Shown here piece after piece: positions 40,051 through 54,100 of a stretch of 64,000 nt of DNA. Within the stretch, counting starts at the first letter, position 1. Every line of letters starts with the position of its first letter. Position numbers and translations under genes: made by a program. The notes beneath the pieces were generated by a model. It searched no databases. It was not told the DNA's origin and was given only the letters and a program-made list of their open reading frames with translations. The DNA is from Eledone cirrhosa (Eukaryota), in the NCBI GenBank assembly GCA_964016885.1, contig OZ024744.1, positions 23,126,001-23,190,000 of the forward strand, given 5' to 3'.

Positions 40051-41805
40051 GAAGATTCAACTGTTGTTAAAACGAGTCAGTTCTTAAGGTTGAACTGTTG
40101 ATAAAACGAGTCAGTTCTTAAGATTCAACTGTTGTTAAAACGAGTTTTATTTTTAAGATACAGCTGTTGTTAAAACGAGTCAGTTCTTAAGATTCAAATG
40201 TTGTTAAAACGAGGTTTATCTTAAGATTCAACTGTTGTTAAAACGAGTTTATCTTAAGATTCAGCTGTTGTTAAAACGAATCAGTTCTTAAGATTCAACT
40301 GTTGTTAAAACGAGTTTTATTTGAAGATTCTTCTGTTGTTAAAATGAGTCAGTTCTTAAGGTTGAACTGTTGATAAAACGAGTCAGTTCTTAAGATTCAA
40401 CTGTTGTAAAACGAGTTTTATCTTAAGATTCAGCTGTTGTTAAAACGAGTCAGTTCTTAAGATTCAAATGTTGTTAAAACGAGTTTTATCTTAAGATTCA
40501 ACTGTTATTAAGACGAGTCAGTTCTTAAGATTCAACTGTTGTTAAAACGAGTTTTATCTTAAGATTCAACTGTTGTTAAAACGAGTCAGTTCTTAAGATT
40601 CAACTGTTGTTAAAATGAGTTTTATTTGAAGATTCAACTGTTGTTAAAACGAGTCAGTTCTTAAGGTTGAACTGTTGTTAAAACGAGTCAGTTCTTAAGA
40701 TTCAACTGTTGTTAAAACGAGTTTTATCTTAAGATTCAACTGTTGTTAAAATGAGTCAGTTCTTAAGATTCAACTGTTGTTAAAACGAGTTTTATCTTAA
40801 GATTCAACTGTTGTTAAAACGAGTTTTATTTGAAGATTCAACTATTGTTAAAACGAGTCAGTTCTTAAGGTTGAACTGTTGTTAAAACGAGTCAGTTCTT
40901 AAGATTCAACTGTTGTTAAAACGAGTTTTATCTTAAGATTCAACTGTTGTTAAAATGAGTCAGTTCTTAAGATTCAACTGTTGTTAAAACGAGTTTTATC
41001 TTAAGATTCAACTGTTCTTAAAACTAGTCAGTTCTTAAGATTCAACTGTTGTTAAAACGAGTTTTATTTGAAGATTCAACTGTTGTTAAAACGAGTCAGT
41101 TCTTAAGGTTGAACTGTTGATAAAACGAGTCAGTTCTTAAGATTCAACTGTTGTTAAAACGAGTTTTATCTAAAGATTCAGCTGTTGTTACAATGAGTCA
41201 GTTCTTAAGATTCAACTGTTGTTAAAACGAGTTTTATCTTAAGATTCAACTGTTGTTAAAACGAGTCAGTTCTTAAGATTCAACTGTTGTTAAAACGAGT
41301 TTTATTTGAAGATTCAACTGTTGTTAAAACGAGTCAGTTCTTAAGGTTGAACTGTTGATAAAACGAGTCAGTTCTTAAGATTCAACTGTTGTGAAAACGG
41401 GTTTTATCTTAAGATTCATCTGTTGTTAAAACGAGTCAGTTCTTAAGATTCAACTGTTGTTAAAACGAGTTTTATCTTAAGATTCAACTGTTGTTAAAAC
41501 GAGTTTGATCTGAAGATTCAGCTGTTGTTAAAACGAGTTTATTTGAAGATTCAACTGTTGTTAAGATGAGTCAGTTCTTAAGGTTGAACTGCTGATAAAA
41601 CGAGTCAGTTCTTAAGATTCAACTGTTGTTAAAACGAGTTTTATCTTAAGATTTAGCTGTTGTTAAAACGAGTCAGTTGTTAAGATTCAACTGTTGTTAA
41701 AACGAGTTTATCTTAAAATTCAGCTGTTGTTAAAACGAGTCAGTTCTTAAGATTCAACTCTTGTTAAAACGAGTTTTATCTTAAGATTCAACTGTTGTTA
41801 AAACG
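39108..41805. repeat. Block duplicated at about 47826-50550 (offset 8,718 then 8,752 bp), left copy
   Basis: CGAGTTTTATTTTTAAGATACAGC 40141/48859, GAAGATTCTTCTG 40323/49041, CAATGAG 41191/49943, CAACTCTTG 41760/50512. Confidence 0.88.
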
Positions 41806-42139
41806 AGTTTATCTTATGATTCAGCTGTTGTTAACACGAATCAGTTCTTAAGATTCAACTGTTGTTAAAACGAGTTTTATTTGAAGATTCAACTGTTGTT
41901 AAAACGAGTCAGTTCTTAAGGTTGAACTGTTGATAAAACGAGTCAGTTCTTACGATTCAACTGTTGTTAAACCGAGTTTTATCTTAAGATTCAGCTGTTG
42001 TTAAAACGAGTCAGTTCTTAAGATTCAACTGTTGTTAAAACCAGTTTTATCTTAAGATTCAACTGTTATTAAAACGAGTCAGTTCTTAAGATTCAACTGT
42101 TGTTAAAACGAGTTTTATCTTAAGATTCAACTGTTGTTA

Positions 42140-45100
42140 AACGAATCAGTTGTAATGATTCAACTGTTGTTAAAACGAGTTTTATTTGAATCAGTTCTTA
42201 AGATTCAACTGTCGTTAAAACGAGTTTTATTCGAAGATTCAACTGTTGCTAAAACGAGTCAATTCTTAAGGTTGAACTGTTGATAAAACGAGTCAGTTCT
42301 TAAGATTCAACTGTTGTTAACACGAGTTTTATCTTAAGATTCAACTGTTGTTAAAACGAGTCAGTTCTTAAGATTCAACTGCTGTTAAAACGAGTTTTAT
42401 CTTAAGTTTCAACTGTTGTTAAAACAAGTCAGTTCTTAAGATTCAACTGTTGTTAAAACGAGTTATATCTTAAGATTCAACTGTTGTTAAAACGAGTCAG
42501 TTCTTAAGATTCAACTGTTGTTAAAACGAGTTTTATCTTAAGATTCAACTGTTGTTAAAACGAGACAGTTCTTAAGATTCATCTGTTGTTAAAACGAGTC
42601 AGTTATTAAGATTCAACTGTTGTTAAAACGAGTTTTATTTGAAGATTGAACTGTTGTTAAAACGAGTCAGTTCTTATGGTTGAACTGTTGTTAAAACGAG
42701 TCAGTTCTTAAGATTCAACTGTTGTTAAAACGAGTTTTATCTTAAGATTCAACTGTTGTTAAAATGAGTTAGTTCTTAAGATTCAACTGTTGTTAAAACG
42801 AGTTTTATCTTAAGATTCAACTGTTGTTAAAACGAGTCAGTTCTTAAGATTCAACTGTTGTTAAAACGAGTTTTATTTGAAGACTCAACTGTTGTTAAAA
42901 CGGGTCAGTTCTTAAGGTTGAACTGTTGTTAAAACGAGTCAGTTCTTAAGATTCAACTGTTGTTAAAACGAGTTTTATCTAAAGATTCAGCTGTTGTTAA
43001 AATGAGTCAGTTCTTAAGATTCAACTGTTGTTAAAACGAGTTTTATCATACGATTCAACTGTTGTTAAAACGAGTCAGTTCTTAACATTCAACTGTTGTT
43101 AAAACGAGTTTTATTTGAAGATTCAACTAATGTTAAAACGAGTCAGTTCTTAAGATTGAACTGTTGATAAAACGAGACAGTTCTTAAGATTCAACTGTTG
43201 TTAAAACGAGTTTTATCTTAAGATTCAGCTGTTGTTAAAACGAGTAAGTTCTTAAGATTCAACTGTTGTTAAAACGAGTTTTATCTTAAGATTCAACTGT
43301 TGTTAAAACGAGTTTATCTTAAGATTCAGCTGTTGTTAACACGAATCAGTTCTTAAGATTCAACTGTTGTTAAAACGAGTTTTATTTGAAGATTCAACTG
43401 TTGTTAAAATGAGTCAGTTCTTAAGGTTGAACTGCTGATAAAGCGAGTCAGTTGTTAAGATTCAACTGTTGTTAAAACGAGTTTTATCTTAAGATTCAAC
43501 TATTGTTAAAACGAGTTTTATTTGAAGATTCAACTGTTGTTAAAATGAGTCAGTCCTTAAGGTTGAACTGTTGATAAAACGAGTCAGTTCTTAAGAGTCA
43601 ACTGTTGTTAAAACGAGTTTTATCTTAAGATTCAGCTGTTGTTAAAACGAGTCAGTTCTTAAGATTCAACTGTTGTTAAAACGAGTTTTATCTTAAGATT
43701 CAACTGTTATTAAAACGAGTCAGTTCTTAAGATTCAACTGTTGTTAAAACGAGTTTTATCTTAAGATTCAACTGTTGTTAAAACGAGTTTATCTTAAGAT
43801 TCAGTTGTTGTTAAAACGAATCAGTTCTTAAGATTCAACTGTTGTTAAAACGAGTTTTATTTGAAGTTTCAACTGTTGTTAAAATGAGTCAGTTCTTAAG
43901 GTTGAACTGTTGATAAAACGAGTCAGTTCTTAAGATTCAACTGTTGTAAAACGAGTTTTATCTTAAGATTCAGCTGTTGTTAAAACGAGTCAGTTCTTAA
44001 GATTCAACTGTTGTTAAAACCAGTTTTATCTTAAGATTCAACTGTTGTTAAAACGAGTTTTATCTTAAGATTCAACTGTTGTAAAACGAATCAGTTGTAA
44101 TGATTCAACTGTTGTTAAAACGAGTTTTATCTTAAGATTCAGCTGTTGTTAAAACGAGTCAGTTCTTAAGATTCAGCTGTTGTTAAAACGAATCAGTTCT
44201 TAAGATTCAACTGTTGTTAAAACGAGTTTTATCTTAAGATTTAGCTGTTGTTAAAACGAGTCAGTTATTAAGATTCAACTGTTGTTAAAACGAGTTTATC
44301 TTAAAATTCAGCTGTTGTTAAAACGAGTCAGTTCTTAAGATTCAACTGTTGTTAAAACGAGTTTTATCTTAAGATTCAACTGTTGTTAAAACGAGTTTAT
44401 CTTAAGATTCAGCTGTTGTTAAAACGAGTCAGTTCTTAAGGTTGAACTGTTGATAAAACAAGTCAGTTCTTACGATTCAACTGTTGTTAAAACGAGTTTT
44501 ATCTTAAGATTCATCTGTTGTTAAAACGAGTCACTTCTTAAGATTGAACTGTTGATAAAACGAGACAGTTCTTAAGATTCAACTGTTGTTAAAACGAGTT
44601 TTATCTTAAGATTCAGCTGTTGTTAAAACGAGTAAGTTCTTAAGATTCAACTGTTGTTAAAATGAGTCAGTTCTTAAGGTTGAACTGTTGATAAAACGAG
44701 TCAGTTCTTAAGATTCAACTGTTGTTAAAACGAGTTTTATCTTAAGATTCAACTGTTGTTTAAACGAGTTTTATGTTAAGATTCAACTGTTGTTAAACGA
44801 ATCAGTTGTAATGATTCAACTGTTGTTAAAACGAGTTTTATTTGAATCAGTTCTTAAGATTCAACTGTCGTTAAAACGAGTTTTATTCGAAGATTCAACT
44901 GTTGCTAAAACGAGTCAATTCTTAAGGTTGAACTGTTGATAAAACGAGTCAGTTCTTAAGATTCAACTGTTGTTAACACGAGTTTTATCTTAAGATTCAA
45001 CTGTTGTTAAAACGAGTCAGTTCTTAAGATTCAACTGCTGTTAAAACGAGTTTTATCTTAAGTTTCAACTGTTGTTAAAACAAGTCAGTTCTTAAGATTC

Positions 45101-48100
45101 AACTGTTGTTAAAACGAGTTATATCTTAAGATTCAACTGTTGTTAAAACGAGTCAGTTCTTAAGATTCAACTGTTGATAAAACGAGTCAGTTCTTAAGAT
45201 TCAACTGTTGTTAAAACGAGTTTTATCTTAAGATTCAACTGTTGTTAAAATGAGTCAGTTCTTAAGATTCAACTGTTGTTAAAACGAGATTTATCTTAAG
45301 ATTCAACTGTTGTTAAAACGAGTCAGTTCTTCAGATTCAACTGTTGTTAAAACGAGTTTTATTTGAGGATTCAACTGTTGTTAAAACGAGTCAGTTCTTA
45401 AGGTTGAACTGTTGATAAAACGAGTCAGTTCTTAAGATTCAACTGTTGTTAAAACGAGTTTTATCTTAAGATTCAGCTGTTGTTAAAACGGGTCAGTTCT
45501 TAAGATTCAACTGTTGTTAATACGAGATTTATCTTAAGATTCAACTGTTGTTAAAACGAGTCAGTTCTTAAGATTCAACTGTTGTTAACACGAGTTTTAT
45601 CTTAAGATTCAACTGTTGTTAAAACGAGACAGTTCTTAAGATTCAACTGTTGTTAAAACGAGTTTAATCTTAAGATTCAACTGTTGTTAAAACGAGATTT
45701 ATCTTAAGATTCAACTGTTGTTAAAACGAGTCAGTTCTTAACATTCAACTGTTGTTAAAACGAGTTTTATTTGAAGATTCAACTAATGTTAAAACGAGTC
45801 AGTTCTTAAGATTGAACTGTTGATAAAACGAGACAGTTCTTAAGATTCAACTGTTGTTAAAACGAGTTTTATCTTAAGATTCAGCTGTTGTTAAAACGAG
45901 TAAGTTCTTAAGATTCAACTGTTGTTAAAACGAGTTTTATCTTAAGATTCAACTGTTGTTAAAACGAGTTTATCTTAAGATTCAGCTGTTGTTAACACGA
46001 ATCAGTTCTTAAGATTCAACTGTTGTTAAAACGAGTTTTATTTGAAGATTCAACTGTTGTTAAAATGAGTCAGTTCTTAAGGTTGAACTGCTGATAAAGC
46101 GAGTCAGTTGTTAAGATTCAACTGTTGTTAAAACGAGTTTTATCTTAAGATTCAACTATTGTTAAAACGAGTTTTATTTGAAGATTCAACTGTTGTTAAA
46201 ATGAGTCAGTCCTTAAGGTTGAACTGTTGATAAAACGAGTCAGTTCTTAAGAGTCAACTGTTGTTAAAACGAGTTTTATCTTAAGATTCAGCTGTTGTTA
46301 AAACGAGTCAGTTCTTAAGATTCAACTGTTGTTAAAACGAGTTTTATCTTAAGATTCAACTGTTATTAAAACGAGTCAGTTCTTAAGATTCAACTGTTGT
46401 TAAAACGAGTTTTATCTTAAGATTCAACTGTTGTTAAAACGAGTTTATCTTAAGATTCAGTTGTTGTTAAAACGAATCAGTTCTTAAGATTCAACTGTTG
46501 TTAAAACGAGTTTTATTTGAAGTTTCAACTGTTGTTAAAATGAGTCAGTTCTTAAGGTTGAACTGTTGATAAAACGAGTCAGTTCTTAAGATTCAACTGT
46601 TGTAAAACGAGTTTTATCTTAAGATTCAGCTGTTGTTAAAACGAGTCAGTTCTTAAGATTCAACTGTTGTTAAAACCAGTTTTATCTTAAGATTCAACTG
46701 TTGTTAAAACGAGTTTTATCTTAAGATTCAACTGTTGTAAAACGAATCAGTTGTAATGATTCAACTGTTGTTAAAACGAGTTTTATCTTAAGATTCAGCT
46801 GTTGTTAAAACGAGTCAGTTCTTAAGATTCAGCTGTTGTTAAAACGAATCAGTTCTTAAGATTCAACTGTTGTTAAAACGAGTTTTATCTTAAGATTTAG
46901 CTGTTGTTAAAACGAGTCAGTTATTAAGATTCAACTGTTGTTAAAACGAGTTTATCTTAAAATTCAGCTGTTGTTAAAACGAGTCAGTTCTTAAGATTCA
47001 ACTGTTGTTAAAACGAGTTTTATCTTAAGATTCAACTGTTGTTAAAACGAGTTTATCTTAAGATTCAGCTGTTGTTAAAACGAGTCAGTTCTTAAGGTTG
47101 AACTGTTGATAAAACAAGTCAGTTCTTACGATTCAACTGTTGTTAAAACGAGTTTTATCTTAAGATTCATCTGTTGTTAAAACGAGTCAGTTCTTAAGAT
47201 TGAACTGTTGATAAAACGAGACAGTTCTTAAGATTCAACTGTTGTTAAAACGAGTTTTATCTTAAGATTCAGCTGTTGTTAAAACGAGTAAGTTCTTAAG
47301 ATTCAACTGTTGTTAAAATGAGTCAGTTCTTAAGGTTGAACTGTTGATAAAACGAGTCAGTTCTTAAGATTCAACTGTTGTTAAAACGAGTTTTATCTTA
47401 AGATTCAACTGTTGTTTAAACGAGTTTTATGTTAAGATTCAACTGTTGTTAAACGAATCAGTTGTAATGATTCAACTGTTGTTAAAACGAGTTTTATTTG
47501 AATCAGTTCTTAAGATTCAACTGTCGTTAAAACGAGTTTTATTCGAAGATTCAACTGTTGCTAAAACGAGTCAATTCTTAAGGTTGAACTGTTGATAAAA
47601 CGAGTCAGTTCTTAAGATTCAACTGTTGTTAACACGAGTTTTATCTTAAGATTCAACTGTTGTTAAAACGAGTCAGTTCTTAAGATTCAACTGCTGTTAA
47701 AACGAGTTTTATCTTAAGTTTCAACTGTTGTTAAAACAAGTCAGTTCTTAAGATTCAACTGTTGTTAAAACGAGTTATATCTTAAGATTCAACTGTTGTT
47801 AAAACGAGTCAGTTCTTAAGATTCAACTGTTGATAAAACGAGTCAGTTCTTAAGATTCAACTGTTGTTAAAACGAGTTTTATCTTAAGATTCAACTGTTG
47901 TTAAAATGAGTCAGTTCTTAAGATTCAACTGTTGTTAAAACGAGATTTATCTTAAGATTCAACTGTTGTTAAAACGAGTCAGTTCTTCAGATTCAACTGT
48001 TGTTAAAACGAGTTTTATTTGAGGATTCAACTGTTGTTAAAACGAGTCAGTTCTTAAGGTTGAACTGTTGATAAAACGAGTCAGTTCTTAAGATTCAACT

Positions 48101-51100
48101 GTTGTTAAAACGAGTTTTATCTTAAGATTCAGCTGTTGTTAAAACGGGTCAGTTCTTAAGATTCAACTGTTGTTAATACGAGATTTATCTTAAGATTCAA
48201 CTGTTGTTAAAACGAGTCAGTTCTTAAGATTCAACTGTTGTTAACACGAGTTTTATCTTAAGATTCAACTGTTGTTAAAACGAGACAGTTCTTAAGATTC
48301 AACTGTTGTTAAAACGAGTTTAATCTTAAGATTCAACTGTTGTTTAAATGAGATTCATCATAAGATTCAACTGTTGTTAAAACGAGTCAGTTCTTAAGTT
48401 TGCACTGTTGTTAAAACGAGCCAGTTCTTAACATTCAAATATTGTTAAAACGAATTTTATCTTAAGATTCAACTGTTGTTAAAACGAGTTTTATCTTAAG
48501 ACTTAACTGTTGTTAAAATGAGTTTTATCATACGATTCAACTGTTGTTAAAACGAGTCAGTTCTTAAGATTCAACTGTTGTTAAAACGTGTTTTATTTGA
48601 AGATTCAACAGTTGTTAAAACGAGTCAGTTCTTAAGGTTGAACTGTTGTTAAAACGAGTCAGTTCTTAAGATTCAACTGTTGTTAAAACGAGATTTATCT
48701 TAAGATTCAACTGTTGTTAAAATGAGTCAGTTCTCAAGATTCAACTGTTGTTAAAACGAGTTTTATTTGAAGATTCAACTGTTGTTAAAACGAGTCAGTT
48801 CTTAAGGTTGAACTGTTGATAAAACGAGTCAGTTCTTAAGATTCAACTGTTGTTAAAACGAGTTTTATTTTTAAGATACAGCTGTTGTTAAAACGAGTCA
48901 GTTCTTAAGATTCAAATGTTGTTAAAACGAGGTTTATGTTAAGATTCAACTGTTGTTAAAACGAGTTTATCTTAAGATTCAGCTGTTGTTAAAACGAATC
49001 AGTTCTTAAGATTCAACTGTTGTTAAAACGAGTTTTATTTGAAGATTCTTCTGTTGTTAAAATGAGTCAGTTCTTAAGGTTGAACTGTTGATAAAACGAG
49101 TCAGTTCTTAAGATTCAACTGTTGTAAAACGAGTTTTATCTTAAGATTCAGCTGTTGTTAAAACGAGTCAGTTCTTAAGATTCAAATGTTGTTAAAACGA
49201 ATTTTATCTTAAGATTCAACTGTTATTAAGACGAGTCAGTTCTTAAGATTCAACTGTTGTTAAAACGAGTTTTATCTTAAGATTCAACTGTTGTTAAAAC
49301 GAGTCAGTTCTTAAGATTCAACTGTTGTTAAAATGAGTTTTATTTGAAGATTCAACTGTTGTTAAAACGAGTCAGTTCTTAAGGTTGAACTGTTGTTAAA
49401 ACGAGTCAGTCCTTAAGATTCAACTGTTGTTAAAACGAGTTTTATCTTAAGATTCAACTGTTGTTAAAATGAGTCAGTTCTTAAGATTCAACTGTTGTTA
49501 AAACGAGTTTTATCTTAAGATTCAACTGTTGTTAAAACGAGTCAGTTCTTAAGATTCAACTGTTGTTAAAACGAGTTTTATTTGAAGATTCAACTATTGT
49601 TAAAACGAGTCAGTTCTTAAGGTTGAACTGTTGTTAAAACGAGTCAGTTCTTAAGATTCAACTGTTGTTAAAACGAGTTTTATCTTAAGATTCAACTGTT
49701 GTTAAAATGAGTCAGTTCTTAAGATTCAACTGTTGTTAAAACGAGTTTTATCTTAAGATTCAACTGTTGTTAAAACTAGTCAGTTCTTAAGATTCAACTG
49801 TTGTTAAAACGAGTTTTATTTGAAGATTCAACTGTTGTTAAAACGAGTCAGTTCTTAAGGTTGAACTGTTGATAAAACGAGTCAGTTCTTAAGATTCAAC
49901 TTTTGTTAAAACGAGTTTTATCTAAAGATTCAGCTGTTGTTACAATGAGTCAGTTCTTAAGATTCAACTGTTGTTAAAACTAGTTTTATCTTAAGATTCA
50001 ACTGTTGTTAAAACGAGTCAGTTCTTAAGATTCAACTGTTGTTAAAACGAGTTTTATTTGAAGATTCAACTGTTGTTAAAACGAGTCAGTTCTTAAAGTT
50101 GAACTGTTGATAAAACGAGTCAGTTCTTAAGATTCAACTGTTGTTAAAACGGGTTTTATCTTAAGATTCATCTGTTGTTAAAACGAGTCAGTTCTTAAGA
50201 TTCAACTGTTGTTAAAACGAGTTTTATCTTAAGATTCAACTGTTGTTAAAACGAGTTTTATCTGAAGATTCAGCTGTTGTTAAAACGAGTTTATTTGAAG
50301 ATTCAACTGTTGTTAAGATGAGTCAGTTCTTAAGGTTGAACTGCTGATAAAACGAGTCAGTTCTTAAGATTCAACTGTTGTTAAAACGAGTTTTATCTTA
50401 AGATTTAGCTGTTGTTAAAACGAGTCAGTTGTTAAGATTCAACTGTTGTTAAAACGAGTTTATCTTAAAATTCAGCTGTTGTTAAAACGAGTCAGTTCTT
50501 AAGATTCAACTCTTGTTAAAACGAGTTTTATCTTAAGATTCAACTGTTGTTTAAACGAGTTTTATCTTAAGATTCAACTGTTGTTAAACGAATCAGTTGT
50601 AATGATTCAACTGTTGTTAAAACGAGTTTTATTTGAATCAGTTCTTAAGATTCAACTGTCGTTAAAACGAGTTTTATTCGAAGATTCAACTGTTGCTAAA
50701 ACGAGTCAATTCTTAAGGTTGAACTGTTGATAAAACGAGTCAGTTCTTAAGATTCAACTGTTGTTAACACGAGTTTTATCTTAAGATTCAACTGTTGTTA
50801 AAACGAGTCAGTTCTTAAGATTCAACTGCTGTTAAAACGAGTTTTATCTTAAGTTTCAACTGTTGTTAAAACAAGTCAGTTCTTAAGATTCAACTGTTGT
50901 TAAAACGAGTTATATCTTAAGATTCAACTGTTGTTAAAACGAGTCAGTTCTTAAGATTCAACTGTTGTTAAAACGAGTTTTATCTTAAGATTCAACTGTT
51001 GTTAAAACGAGACAGTTCTTAAGATTCAACTGTTGTTAAAACGAGTCAGTTATTAAGATTCAACTGTTGTTAAAACGAGTTTTATTTGAAGATTGAACTG

Positions 51101-54100
51101 TTGTTAAAACGAGTCAGTTCTTATGGTTGAACTGTTGTTAAAACGAGTCAGTTCTTAAGATTCAACTGTTGTTAAAACGAGTTTTATCTTAAGATTCAAC
51201 TGTTGTTAAAATGAGTTAGTTCTTAAGATTCAACTGTTGTTAAAACGATTTTTATCTTAAGATTCAACTGTTGTTAAAACGAGTCAGTTCTTAAGATTCA
51301 ACTGTTGTTAAAACGAGTTTTATTTGAAGATTCAACTGTTGTTAAAACGGGTCAGTTCTTAAGGTTGAACTGTTGTTAAAACGAGTCAGTTCTTAAGATT
51401 CAACTGTTGTTAAAACGAGTTTTATCTAAAGATTCAGCTGTTGTTAAAATGAGTCAGTTCTTAAGATTCAACTGTTGTTAAAACGAGTTTTATCATACGA
51501 TTCAACTGTTGTTAAAACGAGTCAGTTCTTAACATTCAACTGTTGTTAAAACGAGTTTTATTTGAAGATTCAACTGATGTTAAAACGAGTCAGTTCTTAA
51601 GATTGAACTGTTGATAAAACGAGACAGTTCTTAAGATTCAACTGTTGTTAAAACGAGTTTTATCTTAAGATTCAGCTGTTGTTAAAACGAGTAAGTTCTT
51701 AAGATTCAACTGTTGTTAAAACGAGTTTTATCTTAAGATTCAACTGTTGTTAAAACGAGTTTATCTTAAGATTCAGCTGTTGTTAACACGAATCAGTTCT
51801 TAAGATTCAACTGTTGTTAAAACGAGTTTTATTTGAAGATTCAACTGTTGTTAAAATGAGTCAGTTCTTAAGGTTGAACTGCTGATAAAGCGAGTCAGTT
51901 GTTAAGTTTCAACTGTTGTTAAAACGAGTTTTATCTTAAGATTCAACTATTGTTAAAACGAGTTTTATTTGAAGATTCAACTGTTGTTAAAATGAGTCAG
52001 TCCTTAAGGTTGAACTGTTGATAAAACGAGTCAGTTCTTAAGAGTCAACTGTTGTTAAAACGAGTTTTATCTTAAGATTCAGCTGTTGTTAAAACGAGTC
52101 AGTTCTTAAGATTCAACTGTTGTTAAAACGAGTTTTATCTTAAGATTCAACTGTTATTAAAACGAGTCAGTTCTTAAGATTCAACTGTTGTTAAAACGAG
52201 TTTTATCTTAAGATTCAACTGTTGTTAAAACGAGTTTATCTTAAGATTCAGTTGTTGTTAAAACGAATCAGTTCTTAAGATTCAACTGTTGTTAAAACGA
52301 GTTTTATTTGAAGATTCAACTGTTGTTAAAATGAGTCAGTTCTTAAGGTTGAACTGTTGATAAAACGAGTCAGTTCTTAAGATTCAACTGTTGTAAAACG
52401 AGTTTTATCTTAAGATTCAGCTGTTGTTAAAACGAGTCAGTTCTTAAGATTCAACTGTTGTTAAAACCAGTTTTATCTTAAGATTCAACTGTTGTTAAAA
52501 CGAGTTTTATCTTAAGATTCAACTGTTGTAAAACGAATCAGTTGTAATGATTCAACTGTTGTTAAAACGAGTTTTATCTTAAGATTCAGCTGTTGTTAAA
52601 ACGAGTCAGTTCTTAAGATTCAGCTGTTGTTAAAACGAATCAGTTCTTAAGATTCAACTGTTGTTAAAACGAGTTTTATCTTAAGATTTAGCTGTTGTTA
52701 AAACGAGTCAGTTATTAAGATTCAACTGTTGTTAAAACGAGTTTATCTTAAAATTCAGCTGTTGTTAAAACGAGTCAGTTCTTAAGATTCAACTGTTGTT
52801 AAAACGAGTTTTATCTTAAGATTCAACTGTTGTTAAAACGAGTTTATCTTAAGATTCAGCTGTTGTTAAAACGAGTCAGTTCTTAAGGTTGAACTGTTGA
52901 TAAAACAAGTCAGTTCTTACGATTCAACTGTTGTTAAAACGAGTTTTATCTTAAGATTCATCTGTTGTTAAAACGAGTCAGTTCTTAAGATTGAACTGTT
53001 GATAAAACGAGACAGTTCTTAAGATTCAACTGTTGTTAAAACGAGTTTTATCTTAAGATTCAGCTGTTGTTAAAACGAGTAAGTTCTTAAGATTCAACTG
53101 TTGTTAAAATGAGTCAGTTCTTAAGGTTGAACTGTTGATAAAACGAGTCAGTTCTTAAGATTCAACTGTTGTTAAAACGAGTTTTATCTTAAGATTCAAC
53201 TGTTGTTTAAACGAGTTTTATCTTAAGATTCAACTGTTGTTAAACGAATCAGTTGTAATGATTCAACTGTTGTTAAAACGAGTTTTATTTGAATCAGTTC
53301 TTAAGATTCAACTGTCGTTAAAACGAGTTTTATTCGAAGATTCAACTGTTGCTAAAATGAGTCAATTCTTAAGGTTGAACTGTTGATAAAACGAGTCAGT
53401 TCTTAAGATTCAACTGTTGTTAACACGAGTTTTATCTTAAGAATCAACTGTTGTTAAAACGAGTCAGTTCTTAAGATTCAACTGCTGTTAAAACGAGTTT
53501 TATCTTAAGTTTCAACTGTTGTTAAAACGAGTCAGTTCTTAAGATTCAACTGTTGTTAAAACGAGTTTTATCTTAAGATTCAACTGTTGTTAAAACGAGA
53601 CAGTTCTTAAGATTCAACTGTTGTTAAAACGAGTCAGTTCATAAGATTCAACTGTTGTTAAAACGAGTTTTATTTGAAGATTGAACTGTTGTTAAAACGA
53701 GTCAGTTCTTATGGTTGAACTGTTGTTAAAACGAATCAGTTCTTAAGATTCAACTGTTGTTAAAACGAGTTTTATCTTAAGATTCAACTGTTGTTAAAAT
53801 GAGTTAGTTCTTAAGATTCAACTGTTGTTAAAACGATTTTTATCTTAAGATTCAACTGTTGTTAAAACGAGTCAGTTCTTAAGATTCAACTGTTGTTAAA
53901 ACGAGTTTTATTTGAAGATTCAACTGTTGTTAAAACGGGTCAGTTCTTAAGGTTGAACTGTTGTTAAAACGAGTCAGTTCTTAAGATTCAACTGTTGTTA
54001 AAACGAGTTTTATCTAAAGATTCAGCTGTTGTTAAAATGAGTCAGTTCTTAAGATTCAACTGTTGTTAAAACGAGTTTTATCATACGATTCAACTGTTGT

